Shown here: piece by piece, positions 63,211 through 64,000 of the stretch
How positions within the stretch are numbered: position 1 is the stretch's first letter
Layout of the letters: every line of letters begins with the position of its first letter
From: Gammaproteobacteria bacterium
Lineage (GTDB): Bacteria > Pseudomonadota > Gammaproteobacteria > Steroidobacterales > Steroidobacteraceae
Length of the DNA: 64,000 nucleotides
Direction: 5' to 3'
Assembly (NCBI GenBank): GCA_030037905.1
Contig: JASHPX010000117.1
Location: 108-64,107, forward strand
The notes under the pieces: model-generated
Seen by the model: the letters and a program-made list of their open reading frames with translations, nothing else
What the model was told of the DNA's origin: nothing
Databases searched by the model: none
Program-made: the position numbers and the translations under genes

Positions 63211-63708
63211 CTACGACCTGTCGGCCGACGGGGCACGCGCCATCGGGCTGTGGACCCCACGCACGTGGGCTCTGGCCTTTCTGCTGCCGCTGCCCGAGTT
63301 CGAAGATTCGTGTCCCAATTCATCGAGGATGCCGCATTTTTTTGCGTCGGGGACCGGTTGGCATCGGCGGCGCAGAGTCCGCAACTGCTTGCGTAGCCGC
63401 TGCAGCTCGCTGATGCGCTGCTCAATGTGCTCGATGTGCTCCTCGATGAGTGCATGCGCGCCGCCGCATTCCGATTGCGGAGCATCGCGGAAGCGTAGCA
63501 GCTGCTTGATCTCATCCAAGGTCATGTCCAGCGAGCGGCAGTTCCTGATGAAAACGAGCCGTTCGAAATGCGTACGGCTATAGAGGCGATAATTGCCCCC
63601 GGTGCGCGCGGTCTGCGGAAGCAGCCCCTCGCGCTCGTAGTAGCGGATGGTCTCCGGCGGACAGTCTGCGTCGCGGGCCAGCGCGCCAATGGTGAACGAG
63701 CGATTCAT
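63211..63708 (-). CDS. MerR-family heavy-metal regulator (CadR/ZntR/PbrR-like)
   Basis: 165 aa. HTH FTIGALARDADCPPETIRYYEREGLLP...GNYRLY. Metal-binding Cys residues (C...ECGG, CQPVPDAKKCG). Confidence 0.8.
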   Translation of the reverse strand: MNRSFTIGALARDADCPPETIRYYEREGLLPQTARTGGNYRLYSRTHFERLVFIRNCRSLDMTLDEIKQLLRFRDAPQSECGGAHALIEEHIEHIEQRISELQRLRKQLRTLRRRCQPVPDAKKCGILDELGHESSNSGSGSRKARAHVRGVHSPMARAPSADRS

Positions 63709-63713
63709 GGGTC

Positions 63714-63745
63714 TTGACTCTGAAGTGGTTACAGGGTTGTAACTA
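63714..63745 (+). promoter_or_regulatory. MerR-type promoter/operator with an over-long spacer
   Basis: TTGACT-20 nt-TAACTA. The spacer ACTCTGAAGTGGTTACAGGGT resembles the CadR/PbrR operator dyad (ACCCTATAGTGGCTACAGGGT-type, from memory). It lies between cadR-like and the CDF gene. Confidence 0.6.
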
Positions 63746-63778
63746 TAGCACTCCGAGCCAAGCCTCGAGGAAGTCCTT

Positions 63779-64000
63779 ATGCCTCACTCGCACGAGGATC
63801 ACGGGAATCACCATCACGCGGGGCACGATGCGCGCGCGGGGCACGATGCGCATCCGACGCACGAGCACGAGCACGAGCACGGTCATGGGCACGTTCACGC
63901 ACACGGTACCCATAGCCATGCCGCCGACGCCGGCGAGAAGCGCTTGCTCGTCGCACTGGCGATTCTCGGGACCTTTACGGCGGTCGAGGCCGTCGGCGGT
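63779..64000 (+). CDS. Cation diffusion facilitator (CzcD/ZitB-like), 5' part only, His-rich N-terminus
   Basis: My own translation from ATG 63779 (GAGGAAG upstream): MPHSHEDHGNHHHAGHDARAGHDAHPTHEHEHEHGHGHVHAHGTHSHAADAGEKRLLVALAILGTFTAVEAVGG. It runs off the right edge, so it is not in the ORF track. Confidence 0.7.
   Translation, partial: MPHSHEDHGNHHHAGHDARAGHDAHPTHEHEHEHGHGHVHAHGTHSHAADAGEKRLLVALAILGTFTAVEAVGG

Overview
This is a 64-kb, visibly very GC-rich bacterial chromosomal segment. All family names below come from motif recognition and my own translation, because no database search was possible. Local synteny (gcvR-bcp divergent from dapA-lipoprotein, mlaFEDCB, mlaA, a bepA-like gene) suggests a gammaproteobacterium-like Gram-negative; this is inference. 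Left half, mostly core: sufD-sufC-sufB plus an Rrf2 regulator, with sufB interrupted by a 357-aa LAGLIDADG intein. Then come a class I aldolase, mlaFEDCB, a POTRA-less Omp85-type barrel, and a large hopanoid/isoprenoid supercluster (sqs, shc, hpnG, hpnA, hpnI-J-K, idi, hpnH, ispA, dxs). Inside that cluster, two unrelated genes are bracketed by MITE-like repeats. Next are an mlaA-ABC(FtsX)-AttH operon, bepA-like, PIN-PhoH, bcp, gcvR and dapA. At tRNA-Ser(GGA), a 6.6-kb integrase-less islet bounded by a 24-nt direct repeat carries a translationally coupled four-gene operon. Its genes are an NAD-dependent formate dehydrogenase, a DyP peroxidase with an encapsulin targeting peptide, a family-1 encapsulin shell, and a 953-aa molybdopterin oxidoreductase with an unassigned ~185-aa C-terminal domain. 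This operon is the strongest candidate for an undescribed system. The right third is an accessory mosaic with visibly AT-richer patches. It holds duplicated secreted proteins and small HH-N-terminus proteins, a cupin, MFS, TPR, orphan SBP, tannase-family esterase, GT1, ggt, a MazEF-like TA with twin palindromic operators, a wHTH/nucleotidyltransferase pair, a frameshifted histidine kinase with its response regulator, and a CadR-like/CDF metal module. I saw no rRNA, CRISPR array, transposase or integrase. Many long antisense ORFs in the track are GC-driven shadows.
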